Part shown: positions 39,466-52,080 of the stretch, piece by piece
How the letters are laid out: each line of letters opens with the position of its first letter
Numbering within the stretch: position 1 is the first letter of the stretch
Source of the DNA: Octopus sinensis
Lineage: Eukaryota
Assembly: GCF_006345805.1 (NCBI RefSeq)
Contig: NC_042998.1
Span: forward strand, 9,858,001-9,922,000
Direction: 5' to 3'
Length of the DNA stretch: 64,000 bases
The notes under the pieces: model-generated
Databases searched by the model: none
Seen by the model: the letters and a program-made list of their open reading frames with translations, nothing else
Told to the model about the DNA's origin: nothing
Translations under genes and position numbers: made by a program

Positions 39466-40156
39466 ACACACAACGGGCTTCTTTCGTTTTCCGTCTTCCA
39501 AATCCACTCACAAGGCTTTGGTCGGCCCGAGGCTATAATAGAAGCATGAAAAGAGTACTAGTGCAGGCGGGACTGTGTCAGTAACAGAGATGTTAGCCAA
39601 GTGTGTGTATTTAGAGTGTCAGGAAAGCAGTATCAGCATGAGCCAGGAGCTGTGATAAAGAATAATAATTACAGGATTTTATGGGGTTTCTCCATAAAGA
39701 ATATCCATGCTGTTGAAGCAAGGAGACCAGATATGATTGTTGAGGGCAAAAAAAGAAAAAAACAGTGTAAGATCATAGACTTTACAATACCATATAATAA
39801 TAGAGGGGATACCAAAGGAATTGAAAAATATAAGGACTTTTGCTATATAGATTGCAGAAGACAAAAAGGATAATTGTTCCTGGTAAATGATCCTCTTGAC
39901 ACAGCTCCCAGATTGATAATATAAGAGGCTGAAGGGTTTTAGAATTGAGACATGCATTGTTGACCTACTGCGAAAAGTCATTCTGTATTCTGGAGGAGTC
40001 TTAGGAGTGACTGTTGAGATTCGAAGAGATATGTTATCAAAGCTCAAGACAACCTCCCTGCAAACAGAAGTAGCATGTAATAGCTTTACAACAATAATAA
40101 TAATAATAATAATGGTTTCTGATTTAGGCACAATGCCAGCAAGTTTGGGAGTAGTG

Positions 40157-40262
40157 GGTTAGATAGATAGATGGATAGATAGATAGATAGATAGATGGAT
40201 GGATGGATGGATGGATGGATGGATGGACGGACGGACGAAGGGATGGATGGATGGATGGATGG

Positions 40263-40298
<36 letters not shown>

Positions 40299-40460
40299 AC
40301 GGACGGATGGATGGATGGATGGACGGATGGATGGACGGACGGATGGATGGACGGACGGATGGATGGACGGACGGATGGATGGACGGACGGATGGATGGAT
40401 GGACGGATGGATGGATGGACAGACGGACAGACTGATGGACAGACGGACAGACTGATGGAT
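40157..40460. repeat. (GATA)n/(GGAT)n/(GGAC)n microsatellite
   Basis: Direct reading. Confidence 0.95.
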
Positions 40461-42319
40461 GCATGCATTTATTTTGGTAATTGCTTACTCCTGTTTTTGA
40501 AATTCAAATAGAATATATAACATGGGACACACCCTACAAAATTTGCATGTGACTGAACTAATTTCCGTAGATATATCTCATGTTCTGGTTAAACTGTATC
40601 ATATGTTCTCTGTGTAGATGAAGAATCAGTCATAAGACTTCTACATGAGCCAATGTGAGGTGTCAGCAGTTGCTCGACTTGCCAGAAATAGCAATCAAAA
40701 GTGCTTCAAATCTCACTCAATTTGTTTAAATAAAGAGACACACATAGAAGAGTATATCCCAGAATATAATACAGCGTCTGAATAAAATGTGATGCTTTTG
40801 GCCGGAATGCATTTGGTAATAAGCCTTCTGGATCTGGGCTAATCTGGGGTTAAATACAACAGCCTCCATCCACAATATCTACTTACCCCCAACTTCTCTA
40901 CCTGATATATATGGTTAAGGTAATATAACTTTACACTTTCGTCTAGACTGCATACACTGTTAGATATACTTACTTATTGCACTGACTTGTTTAGTTTGCC
41001 TAAACATCTGTAACCACTGTGTGCACTGCTTACTAGATATTTAGATTCAACAGCATCTAGAATGATAGGAAGCCCTTATGAAAATGATAATACAAATCTA
41101 TTTGTTATTTAGCACTAGTGGCATATGATTTACATTATTTTTCACTTTGAATATGCATTTTTAAAAACTTTTGAATAATTTTTTCCTTCTAGCCCAGACT
41201 GCTTGTTATGCTGCATTTAGTAGCTTGTAGAGTTTATTATTCATTATACTATATCTATGTTTCTTATTTACTGCACTTCCTTTATTTACATAATAAATGT
41301 ATTAAAAATTTTCTAAGCAGTGAAAAATACACACATCCAGACCCTGTGTTTATTAGAGAAGTTTAGCCTGATTCTTCCTTATCCTTTCTTTAAATAGAGA
41401 TTCTTTGTTAAAGCCCAAGCAGTGGAGGGTCAATGCAAGGTCAGTGAGTCATTATCACCACACAACACCACAATCTGCCACTCCACATTGCCAACTGCTA
41501 TTTTTGTTTTTGCTTTTATTCCGAAAGCAAAGTATGATCTGAATATAATTTGCACTTAGAAATGCTGAAGTTTCCGTTGCAGCAGAAGGAAATTTGATAA
41601 TAGAGGGAGATGAGAAAAAAAATCCTCATATTTTTTGTAAACATTTTTAATCAGTTGAAAAACAAAAATGGGATTGTTTTAAATGCTGTTTTTATTTTTG
41701 GATAATAACAATTATTATTAAAAATTAATATCAAATTTCATTGGACCATTTTCTGGATTATCACTTAAATATTTTATCTGATGTCCCTGAGAAGTTTACT
41801 GTACCATTTCATACAGAAATAGTTTTTTGACCTTTTATTTAAGTAAGCATCTCTAGTGTTGATATAACAGCTCAAGTGCTACTAAATTATGAGATAATAT
41901 CAAAATGTTATTGTTCATGACATGCCTTGTATCAGTTTTAGAACATTGTCTTAGCTTAAATATTCCCAACATATTTTACTTTTAACATAAATAACTTTTT
42001 ATCTTCTTGACTGTTTGAATGTAATTTATCTCAGCAGTATTGATGTCAACCAGATAAATTAATTTTACTGTTTTAATTTATATACTTACTTCTTTTACAC
42101 TGATATGTAATTATAAATCATATTAAAATTTTCTTTTGTTTAATCACTCTATTTAAAATAGTTTTCATATTTAGATACTAGTTTGAAGTGGACTGTTTTA
42201 TATAATATAAATGTTATGCAAACTGTTAGAGTTGATTTTATATGCCAATAATTCACATGAAAAAAAAGTGACTGCTGTGACTGAGTGAATTATTCTTCTT
42301 TTCAGCTAATTAGTTTTAA

Positions 42320-42714
42320 TATTGTAGCTTTTAGCCCCAGGAGGTCATCGTCTCCAGCTGGCTTTAAGCACACTATCTGTGCCCTTATGGTATTTGCCAA
42401 GGGAGGTCTTCCCTCTCTCGTAAGCCTAAGTGATACGCACGGACTGCAGTTTCGAGGTATTTGCCTCTTGTCAATGCACGGTAATCACCGGTTTTCGATG
42501 AAAAGGAAGACCTGTTTGCAAATACTTATGGGTTTTTCTAGTAACTTCCGTCACTGATTTCGAAAAACTGTCTGCAAGAAATAATAAATCTCTGAACGAG
42601 ATGTAAACAGTAACCGCTAAAAGCTACAGTAACACCCACCCTTAGTGGCTAGCCATATTGAGATGGCTATTATACTTTACATTGTCGAGCGGTTACTGTT
42701 CAGAGATTTATTAT
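42320..42714. mobile_element. MITE-like element(s) with short TIRs
   Basis: tattgtagcttttagc 42320-42335 / gctaaaagctacagta 42616-42631; overlapping second inverted repeat 42581-42618 / 42688-42714. Confidence 0.5.
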
Positions 42715-43124
42715 AGTTTTAATATCATTTGCTTTTAATGCATGTTGTAAGCTTACTTATAACCAGTTTGTTGACTAAGTGCATCTATTTTTCTGTTTTT
42801 TATTCATGTAGAAGACAGAAGCAAGTGAAGAAGTGAATTTTATTTTTTTGAATTACTCTTTACTCTCTTTTTACTCTTTTACTTGTTTCAGTCATTTTAT
42901 TGTGGCCATGCTGGAGCACTGCCTTTAGTCAAGCAAATCGACCCCAGTACTTATTCTTTGTAAGCCTAGTACTTATTCTATCGGTCTCTTTTGCCGAACC
43001 GCTAAGTTACGGGGACGTAAACACACCAGCATCGGTTGTCAAGTGATATTGGGGGAATAACACAGACACACAAACATATACACACATACACATAGATACA
43101 CACATAAACACACACACACACACA

Positions 43125-44430
43125 TATATATATATACATATATACGACGGGCTTCTTTCAGTTTCCGTCTACCAAATCCACTCACAAGGCATTGGTTTGC
43201 CCAAGGCTATAGTGGAAGACACTTGCCCAAGGTGCCACTCAGTGGGACTGAACCCAGAACCATGTGGTTGGTAGGCAAGCTACTTACCACACAGCCACTC
43301 CTACGCCTATTACTTAAAATGTTTCATTTATAAAATTATTTTATTTGATATTTCATATTTCTTCTGTATTCATGTCTTTAAACAGACTGTTTTTACATTT
43401 TTGTGCTTTATCAATATAATGTAGATAATTCATTAGATAGGTAGTATATTCAAATCATTCCTAGATCCCAAGATCATACTAAATCAGGCTGAGAGAAACA
43501 GGGTGGAAAACAGAAAAGGCAAGTAGAGTTAAAGTGTACTCTTTACTCTTTACTCTTTTACTTGTTTCAGTCATTTGACTGCGGCCATGCTGGAGCACCG
43601 CCTTTAGTTGAGCAAATCGACTCTGGGGCTTATTCTTTGTAAGCCCAGTACTTATTCTATCAGTCACTTTTGCCGAACCGCTAAGTGACGGGGACATAAA
43701 CACACCAGCATCGGTTGTCAAGCAATGCTAGGGGGACAGACACAGACACACAAACACACACACATACATACACACATATATATATACATATATACGACGG
43801 GCTTCTTTCAGTTTCCGTCTACCAAATCCACTCACAAGGCATTGGTTTGCCCAAGGCTATAGTGGAAGACACTTGCCCAAGGTGCCACTCAGTGGGACTG
43901 AACCCAGAACCATGTGGTTTGTAAGCAAGCTACTTACCACACAGCCACTCCTACGCCTATTACTTAAAATGTTTCATTTATAAAATTATATTTATTTGAT
44001 ATTTCATATTTCTTCTGTATTCATGTCTTTAAACAGACTGTTTTTACATTTTTGTGCTTTATCAATATAATGTAGATAATTCATTAGATAGGTAGTATAT
44101 TCAAATCATTCCTAGATCCCAAGATCATACTAAATCAGGCTGAGAGAAACAGGGTGGAAAACAGAAAAGGCAAGTAGAGTTAAAGTGTACTCTTTACTCT
44201 TTACTCTTTACTTTTTACTGTTTCAGTCATTTGACTGCGGCCATGCTGGAGCACCGCCTTTAGTTGAGCAAATCGACTCTGGGGCTTATTCTTTGTAAGC
44301 CCAGTACTTATTCTATCAGTCACTTTTGCCGAACCGCTAAGTGACGGGGACATAAACACACCAGCATCGGTTGTCAAGCAATGCTAGGGGGACAGACACA
44401 GACACACAAACACACACACATACATACACA
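43125..44430. repeat. About 650-bp tandem duplication bounded by family-2 SINEs
   Basis: 43146 aligns to 43796 and 43311 to 43961; a few substitutions and a tail-length difference. Confidence 0.9.
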
Positions 44431-45376
44431 CATATATATATACATATATACGACGGGCTTCTTTCAGTTTCCGTCTACCAAATCCACTCACAAGGCATTG
44501 GTCGGCCCGGGGCTATAGCAGAAGACACTTGCCCAAGATGCCACGCAGTGGGACTGAACCCAGAACCATGTGGTTGGTAGGCAAGCTACTTACCACACAG
44601 CCACTCCTGCACCTACCTCTACTTTTGTAAAAAATTGTTTCTTTTACTCTTTCCCTCTCTGCTTGATTTAAAAGAAAGTCACCTTGAAATACTTAGGATA
44701 CACTTCTTACAAATAATGCAACGAATTAACTATCTGTTACTCAATACTGATAAGGTACATAATACTTCCAACATTGTTGTAACACTCCTCCATATATATT
44801 AGGTGGTTGTGAGCTCAGCAGGAGTTAATCCAACTATGGAAAGAAAATGCATGTATAAATTCACCAGAAGAGGTTATTGTAAAAGTATGAATGAGATACG
44901 GAGAACTTGGCTTCCTCACACTTGAGTCAAAAGAGATCTCAGCTGAGGAAAGTATACCGAGAAGTGAAATAAATAGATGAGAATAATTAAGGAGATTAAA
45001 ATACAGATATGACTTAATTATGTTAGTGATTACAGCATTAAGATAATTTAGTGTCGTTCTAGTTAGCCTCTAACTTAGCTAATCACATTAAGAAAGTGTT
45101 GAAGTGTCATTTTTGCTTAATTGATAGGAGCAGAATTTTTGCTAAATACTTTACTGAAAAGCCAGAATTGAATTTCAAGTGTATAGCTCTACTTGTGATG
45201 CTTCAAGCAATGATTGCACAGGCAGTGCTGGATGACATTAGCATGAATGGACAATGTTTACATTTAAAGCTGAATGTTGATTCATATACTTTATATTTCC
45301 AGTAAAGCAATTGTAATAGAAATATTAAATTTCTAAATATCTCATAGAGATATGTACGGTGGTGGAGTGATAGTGC

Positions 45377-45668
45377 GGTTGTATACTGTCAACTTAACGT
45401 GACAGTCCTGTAAGGGAATTACACCACTGCTGTTTAGCCCTAGGAAGCATCGACGCTCCCTGTCGGCCTTGACATATTTCCTGTGTCCTTATATATTTAC
45501 GAAGGGGAGACAAACAAGCTGTTGGGGGTGTTTGTCTCCCCTTCGTAAATATATAAGGACACAGGAAATGTGTCAAGGCCGACAGGAAGCGTTGATGCTT
45601 CCTAGGGCTAAACAGTGGTGGTGTAATTCCCTTACAGGACTGTCACGTTAAGTTGACAGTATGCAACC
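45377..45668. mobile_element. Palindromic MITE-like element
   Basis: About 139-bp arms, near-perfect reverse complements, with a loop of about 15 nt. Confidence 0.8.
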
Positions 45669-46599
45669 ACTCAATTGTAATAGAATTTTCTGACAAACAA
45701 CCAACAGCTTCAGATCTGGTCGGATTGAACAAAAAACAGGTAGAATATTTTGGGCTTGATAGAACTGGTTTAAATGCTGAAGGGTAAAGAAGTGTTTACT
45801 TGTTGTCAAATGTAAAATATTTGTTGAAAATAAATTTTTCCTTAGTTATAATTGTGATATTATAGAGAAACAATTTTGATAGCCTCATTAAATTAATAAC
45901 TCCAGTGAAATGAAGGGCAAAGCCAATACTTATGAGATCTGACCTTGGAATAATAGGACATTAAGTTAATTACAATACTTGAGATTTAATCTTTCCACTC
46001 TTTTATCTTAGACATCTCTGTATCTTCTCAAATTTATGGAAATTTAATTACACAGTCAAAAAAGGCTTGAACAAAGGCATTAGTTTTCTTGGCTTAGATC
46101 AAATCTTTATTGAATGTTAATGAAAGCAAAAATCCCCATTTACAGATTATCAACATCATGAGTCAGGGAATGAAATAAGGTCAAATTCAAACCAGTTTTG
46201 CTGTCAGCTTCTCATTAGCTATATATAATTAATTGTTAATCCTGAAAAGATAGCTTTCATATCAAATAAATTTCCGTTTTTATAGTTAAGTTAGTGTCAG
46301 CATATTTAACTAAAAGTTAACTAATAATAATTTGTTTTCATAGCTTATCACTAATCCAGCTAAACTATTGATAGTTTCTTTGGTTATTTGCTTACTAAAT
46401 ACAATTTGTTTTTCTCTCTCGTTTAGCTGTCTCTGTTTCTTTGTTATACTAGATTTCAGAACAGGAAGAAAATTTCTGTTGTTTAGCATTTTCCTGTACT
46501 ATTTCTCTTCCATTCTTTAAGAATAATACCTTTCATACGTGTGAGTGAATGTGTGTGTATGTGTATATATATAGTGTATACACACACACATATACATGT

Positions 46600-47012
46600 A
46601 GGCACAGGAGTGGCTATGTGGTAAGTAGTTTGCTTACCAACCATATGGTTCCAGGTTTATTCCCACTGCATGGCACCTTGGGCAAGTGTCTTCTACTATA
46701 GCCTCGGGCCGACCAAAGCCTCGTGAGTGGATTTGGTAGAGGGAAACTGAAAGAAGCCCATCGTATATAAGTATATATATATATGTGTGTGTGTATATGT
46801 TTGTGTGTCTGTGTTTGTCGCCTCAACATTGCTTGACAACCGATAGTAGTGTGTTTACGTCCCTGTAACTTAGCGGTTCAGCAAAAGAGACCGATAGAAT
46901 AAGTACTAGGCTTACAAAGAAAAAGTCCTGGGGTTGATTTGCTCGACTAAAGGCGGTGCTCCAGCATGGCCACAGTCAAATGACTGAAACCAGTAAAAGA
47001 GGGAGTAAAGAG
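46600..47012 (+). mobile_element. SINE family 2, upstream of the FAAH2 ATG exon
   Basis: Family consensus match. Confidence 0.85.
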
Positions 47013-47016
47013 TTTT

Positions 47017-47097
47017 TATATGAATGTTACCATTTCTGGTTCAGGAAGTGTCTTGATAAAAGCTATTTCTTGAACCAGAAATGGCAACATTCATATA
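47017..47097. repeat. 81-nt near-perfect hairpin
   Basis: 31-bp arms 47017-47047 / 47067-47097 with two differences; 19-nt loop. Confidence 0.8.
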
Positions 47098-47599
47098 TAT
47101 ATGTGTGTGTGTATACTTAGTAAGGCAACAGAAGGAACGGTAAACAGAGTAAAAGATGCATGAATCACATAAGAAAAAATGGCCAGGCAAATCATTAGCA
47201 GAGATCTGCAGTCATCACAGATGGAGAAGACTGGTGCAGATCATGTCAAGATGGTGTCCTTATGTTCCCACCAGGAGTTGAGGGTTTGAGCAAGCAATCA
47301 TTGTTTCTTCTAGAAATCAATGAAGGAGCCTCTATGTATTCCTTTGATCTGTTTGCAATGGTTTTTAAAAAAAGAAAAAGCCTTAATCATATTATGTCAT
47401 TGAAAATAAAAAGGACATAATATTTACACCTGGAACCCTTTGATTGTAGGTCTCTTAGAATGCTTTGATCTTAGGTTTTGGTAGAACAGAGCTATACAAT
47501 AGCAGTAACCAATTTCTTTACTTTGAGATATTAAAAATCTAAAGAAATACGTTTTTCGGAGAAAATTTCTTCAGTTATAATTCTTCTGATTCAGTTATA

Positions 47600-47637
47600 A
47601 TTCTTCTGATAAATTCTTCTGTTTTGTCTTTTCAGCC
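47600..47637 (+). other. Splice acceptor 2 nt upstream of the FAAH2 ATG, implying an upstream 5' UTR exon
   Basis: Polypyrimidine tract ttcttctgttttgtcttttcag with AG at 47634-47635, followed by ccATG. Confidence 0.75.
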
Positions 47638-47820
47638 ATGGAATTCTCTAGGTTACTAATATTTGTGCTTGTCAAGCTGTATCGGTGGACATTGCTTCCT
47701 ATTTTTAACATAATTTTTAATGTGCTGAATTCTGCGCCTCCTGTTTCTGTGCCACCAGTTACTAATCCATTGCTCCTCAAAAGTGCCACTGAATTAAGTA
47801 AGATGATTCGTAACAAAGAA
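47638..47820 (+). CDS. FAAH2: FAAH2 coding exon 1 (MEFSRLLIFVLVKLYRWTLLPIFNIIFNVLNSAPPVSVPPVTNPLLLKSATELSKMIRNKE)
   Basis: ATG in cagCCATGG context; hydrophobic N-terminus followed by PVTNPLLLKSATELSKMIR, matching human FAAH2 PVTEPLLLLSGMQLAKLIR; donor GAA|gtaagt at 47820/47821, phase 0. Confidence 0.93.
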
Positions 47821-47939
47821 GTAAGTAATTTTTCTTTGGTTTGCTCTTATAATTATTCTTTGTTAGTTTGGTATCACTTAAAATACTTCTGTTATGTCTG
47901 ATTATTTTTCCACTTGTACAGGTTGATAAAGATAAAATG

Positions 47940-48450
47940 ATCATCATCATTATCATCATCATCATCATCGTTTAACGTCTGTTTTCTGCGCTAGCACGGG
48001 TTGGACGGTTCGACCGGGAACTGGGAAGCCAGGGGCTGCACCAGGCTCCAGTCTGATCTGGCAGTGTTTCTACAGCTGGATGCCCTTCCTAACGCCAACC
48101 ACTCCGCGAGTGTAGTGGGTGCTTTTTACGTGCCACTGGCACAGGTGCCAGGGGAGTCTGGCATCAGCCTAAGCTTATCGTTCATCGTTTAGCATCCGCT
48201 TTCCATGCTAGCATGGGTTGGACGGTTCAACTGGGGTCTGGGAAGCCAGAAGGCTGCACCAGGCCCAGTTTGATCTGGCAATGTTTCTATGGCTGGATGC
48301 CCTTCCTAATGCCAACCACTCCATGAGTGTAGTGGGTGCTTTTTATGTGTCACCGGCACAGGTGCCAGACGAGTCTGGCAAACGGCCATGATCGGATGGT
48401 GCTTTTTATGTGCCACCGGCACAGGTGCCAGGCGAGGCTGGCGACAGCCA
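47940..48450 (-). mobile_element. Two adjacent RTE-family 3' UTR fragments in FAAH2 intron 1
   Basis: Repeated catcgttta...ggatgcccttcctaa(c/t)gccaaccactcc. Confidence 0.8.
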
Positions 48451-48806
48451 CGAACGGATAATAAACATATATTTGTACATATGTATCTGCATACATATGT
48501 ACTGCTATAATGTACTACAGAACATATCTTTAGCTCTTTTTAGCCACCACTATGTTACAATGATTGTAAGCAATTTATTTATAAAAGCCTGTAGATAGGA
48601 AAAGATAGGGAACAACTGTACATGTATTTCAGTTCATGTTGGAACCATCGACTATCCATGAATACACTGCTTAAAAAATCAGTAATATTCATTAGAGGTT
48701 TAAGTAAACTAGCGCAACCAGATGGTGATGACAATGAAGATAATAATCTTAACACCAACTTTCTTTTTCTTAATTACATTATACATATTTTTTTATTTTA
48801 TTTCAG

Positions 48807-49026
48807 ATAAAGTGCACTGAAGTTTTAGAAGCTTTTATTGAAAGATCAAAATTAGTGAATCCTACAATAAATTCAATTTGCTCTAATTGCTATGAAGTGG
48901 CCCGTCAACAAGCACTTGAAGTAAACGAAATATTAGAACAAGATGACATTCCAGATGAATATTCAGAAAAAAATGCACCCTTTCTTGGAGTACCTCTTTC
49001 TGTTAAGGAAGCTTTTGCTTTGACAG
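48807..49026 (+). CDS. FAAH2: FAAH2 coding exon 2 (IKCTEVLEAFIERSKLVNP...PFLGVPLSVKEAFALTG), with catalytic Lys128
   Basis: Acceptor tttcag|ATA, donor ACAG|gtaaaa; 220 nt, phase 0 to 1; PFLGVPLSVKEAF amidase motif. Confidence 0.97.
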
Positions 49027-49084
49027 GTAAAAATTCTTATTTAAAAAGCTACAATGTCAATTAAATTCCTTAAGATGTGTGTGT

Positions 49085-49122
<38 letters not shown>

Positions 49123-49140
49123 GCATATGCATGTATCTCT

Positions 49141-49521
49141 CTTACTCTTTTACTTGTTTCAGTCATTTGACTGCGGCCATGCTGGAGCACCGCCTTTAAT
49201 CGAGCAACTCGACCCCGGGACTTATTCTATTGGTCTCTTTTGCCGAACTGCTAAGTGACAGGGACGTAAACACACCAGCATCGGTTGTCAAGCAATGCTA
49301 GGGGGACAAACACAGACACACAAACACACACACTCATATATATATATATACATATATACGACAGGCTTCTTTCAGTTTCCGTCTACCAAATCCACTCACA
49401 AGGCATTGGTCGGCCCGGGGCTATAGCGGAAGACACTTGCCCAATATGCCACGCAGTGGGACTGAACCCGGAACCATGTGGTTGGTTAGCAAGCTACTTA
49501 CCACACAGCCACTCCTGCACC
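49141..49521 (-). mobile_element. SINE family 2, downstream of FAAH2 exon 2
   Basis: Family consensus match. Confidence 0.85.
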
Positions 49522-50104
49522 TATGTATGTATGTATGTATGTATGTATGTATGTATGTATGTATGTATGTATGTATGTATGTTGTCATCATTTAATGTCC
49601 ATTTTCCATGCTGGCATGGGTTGGATGGGTCAACAAGAGCTAGCAAACCAGAGGGCTGTGCTATGTATGTGTGTGTGTGTGTGTGTGTATGGGAGAGAGA
49701 GAGAGAGAGAGATAATATAGTCAAATGGTTAAGAGGTTTGCTTTGCAACCATGAGATCTCAGGTTCAGACTCACTATATAACATTTTGGACAGATGCCAT
49801 TTCCTGTAACCTCAGATCGACTCATACCCTGTGAGTAAAACTGTAGAAGTTTGTTGAATATTCATGTAATTCAATGCGCAACACCTTTGTCACACACCTA
49901 TTTTACATGAGAATTATGTTAATGGTACATATGTCTGCTGAATGGTCAGCCACTTGCTTGCTAATTCTGTGAACAGGAAATTCACTTGGTTGAACAACTA
50001 TTATACACATCATTGAAACTGAATGATATCCATCCAACTCTTCAAATATATCTATATCTGGTTGTCTGGTTCTGCCAGCTTCACAGCAATATATATATTT
50101 TCTT

Positions 50105-50410
50105 TACATCATCATCATCATCATCATCATTTAACGTCCGTTTTCCATGCTAGCATGGGTAGGATGATTCGACCGGGTATCTGGGAAGCCAGAAGGCTGC
50201 ACCAGGCTCCAGTCTGATCTGGCAGTGTTTCTACAGCTGGATGCCCTTCCTAACGCCAACCACTCCGTGAGTGTAGTGGGTGCTTTTTACGTGCCCCAAC
50301 AGGTCTTCGCAAGCAGAGTTTAGTGTCCAATGAAGGGAGGTTGGCATGGGTGCCTGTCGTCGGATGAGGTTCGATTTCGACTTCGCTTGCCTCAACAGGT
50401 CTTCGTGTGT
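50105..50410 (-). mobile_element. RTE-family 3' UTR fragment
   Basis: Same family; other copies at about 27160-27362(+), 29260-29580(-), 30360-30600(+), 36740-36985(-), 52600-52815(+), 55720-56045(+), 60890-61260(-). Confidence 0.8.
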
Positions 50411-50433
50411 CCAAGGGAGGAAATATATACATG

Positions 50434-50464
<31 letters not shown>

Positions 50465-50474
50465 GCATATATAT

Positions 50475-50658
<184 letters not shown>

Positions 50659-51109
50659 CTACTCTAGGTACAAGGCCCAAAATTTTTGGAGAGGGGGACA
50701 GTTGATTAGATCGACCCCAGACTCAACAGGTACTTAATTTATCGACCCCGAAAGGATGAAAAGCAAAGTTGACCTCAGCGGAATTTATCAAAAGGATGTG
50801 TTATAATACTATTCCACATACACAAGAATAGCCATACCAACAATCCAGCATACCTCCATCATCAGCTGCTCCACGGATATTGGAGAATTCACAAAAAAAA
50901 CAAAAAAAACAACAAAATATGAAGACAGGTGGTGTAGACAACAAACAGATGTATAAGTGAAAAAGTCTTTAATGCTTCGAGCTTATATATATATATATAT
51001 ACATACATAGTGAAACATGGGCTGTGACTGCTGAGGATATGCGTAAGCTCGCAAGAAATGAAGCCAGTATGCTCCGATGGATGTGTTATGTCAGTGTTCA
51101 TAATCGACA

Positions 51110-52080
51110 GAGTGTAAGTACCTTGAAATAAAAGTTGGACCTAAGAAGCATCAGTTGTGGTGTGCAAGAGAGACGTTTGTGCTGGTATGGTCATGTGACG
51201 AGAATGGCTGAAGATAGGTTGTGTGCAAAAGTGCTACACCCTAGCAGTTGAGGGAACCTGTGGAAGAGGTAGACCCAGGAAAACCTGGGACGAGGTGGTG
51301 AAGCACAACCTTCGAACTTTAGGTCTCACCAAGGAAATGACTAGAGACCGAGACCTATGGAAGTATGCTGTGCGTGAGAAGACCCGGCAAGACTAGTGAG
51401 ACCATAACCCATGGCCTCTACCTGGTATGTAGCCAGTCGACTTATACATACCTTTCTTTCTTGGGACACAAAATCCACTTGTGAAGACCCGTTGAAGCAA
51501 GTGAAAATCAAAAAATCAAAATCAAAATCAAACCAAATCAAATCCGATATCAGAAAGCAGAACCAAAATCAAAGTCGATCAACATCAATGGAAATTGCAG
51601 CTGTGATACCAGTGCCAGTGACAAGTAAGCGAACCATCCGATCGTGGCCGTTGCCAGCGCCGCCCCGACTGGCCTCCGTGCCGGTGGCACGTAAAAAGCA
51701 CCATCCGTTCGTGGCCGTTGCCAGCCTCGCCTGGCCCCTGTGCCAGTGGCACATAAAAGCTCCATCCGTTCGTGGCCGTTGCCAGCCTTGCCTGGCCCCT
51801 GTGCCGGTGGCACGTAAAATGCACCATCCGATCATGGCCGTTGCCAGCCTCGCCTGGCCCCTGTGCCGGTGGCATGTAAAAAGCACCATCCATCCATGGC
51901 ACGTAAAAAGCACCCACTACACTCACAGAATGGTTGGCATTATTAAGGGCATCCAGCCGTAGAAACACTGCCAGATCAGACTGGGCCTGGTGCAGCCTTC
52001 TGGCTTCACAGACCCCCAGTTGAACCGTCCAACCCATGCTAGCATGGAGAACGGACGCTAAATGATGATGATGATGATAC
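51110..52080 (+). mobile_element. 5'-truncated RTE LINE with full 3' UTR (tandem array, Nin-like domain, (GAT)n tail)
   Basis: RRLCWYGHVTRM...RGRPRKTWDEVVKHNLRTLGL...DRDLWKYAV; then 61-67-nt tandem units at 51644-51900, tggttggcatta...gggcatccagc block and gatgatgat tail. Confidence 0.85.

Larger units (their letters stand above)
36420..40085 (+). mobile_element. Fragmented R4/Dong-like LINE broken by later insertions
   Basis: N-terminal-like RKRLPALIKIESEKL at about 36660; endonuclease-like RILWGFSIK...RRPDMIV...KIIDFTIP...EKYKD at 39670-39840; (AAT)n tail at about 40090. Confidence 0.6.

Noticed and set aside
51644-51900. CRISPR-like array
   Set aside because: Units are tandem without unique spacers, and the context is a eukaryotic LINE 3' UTR
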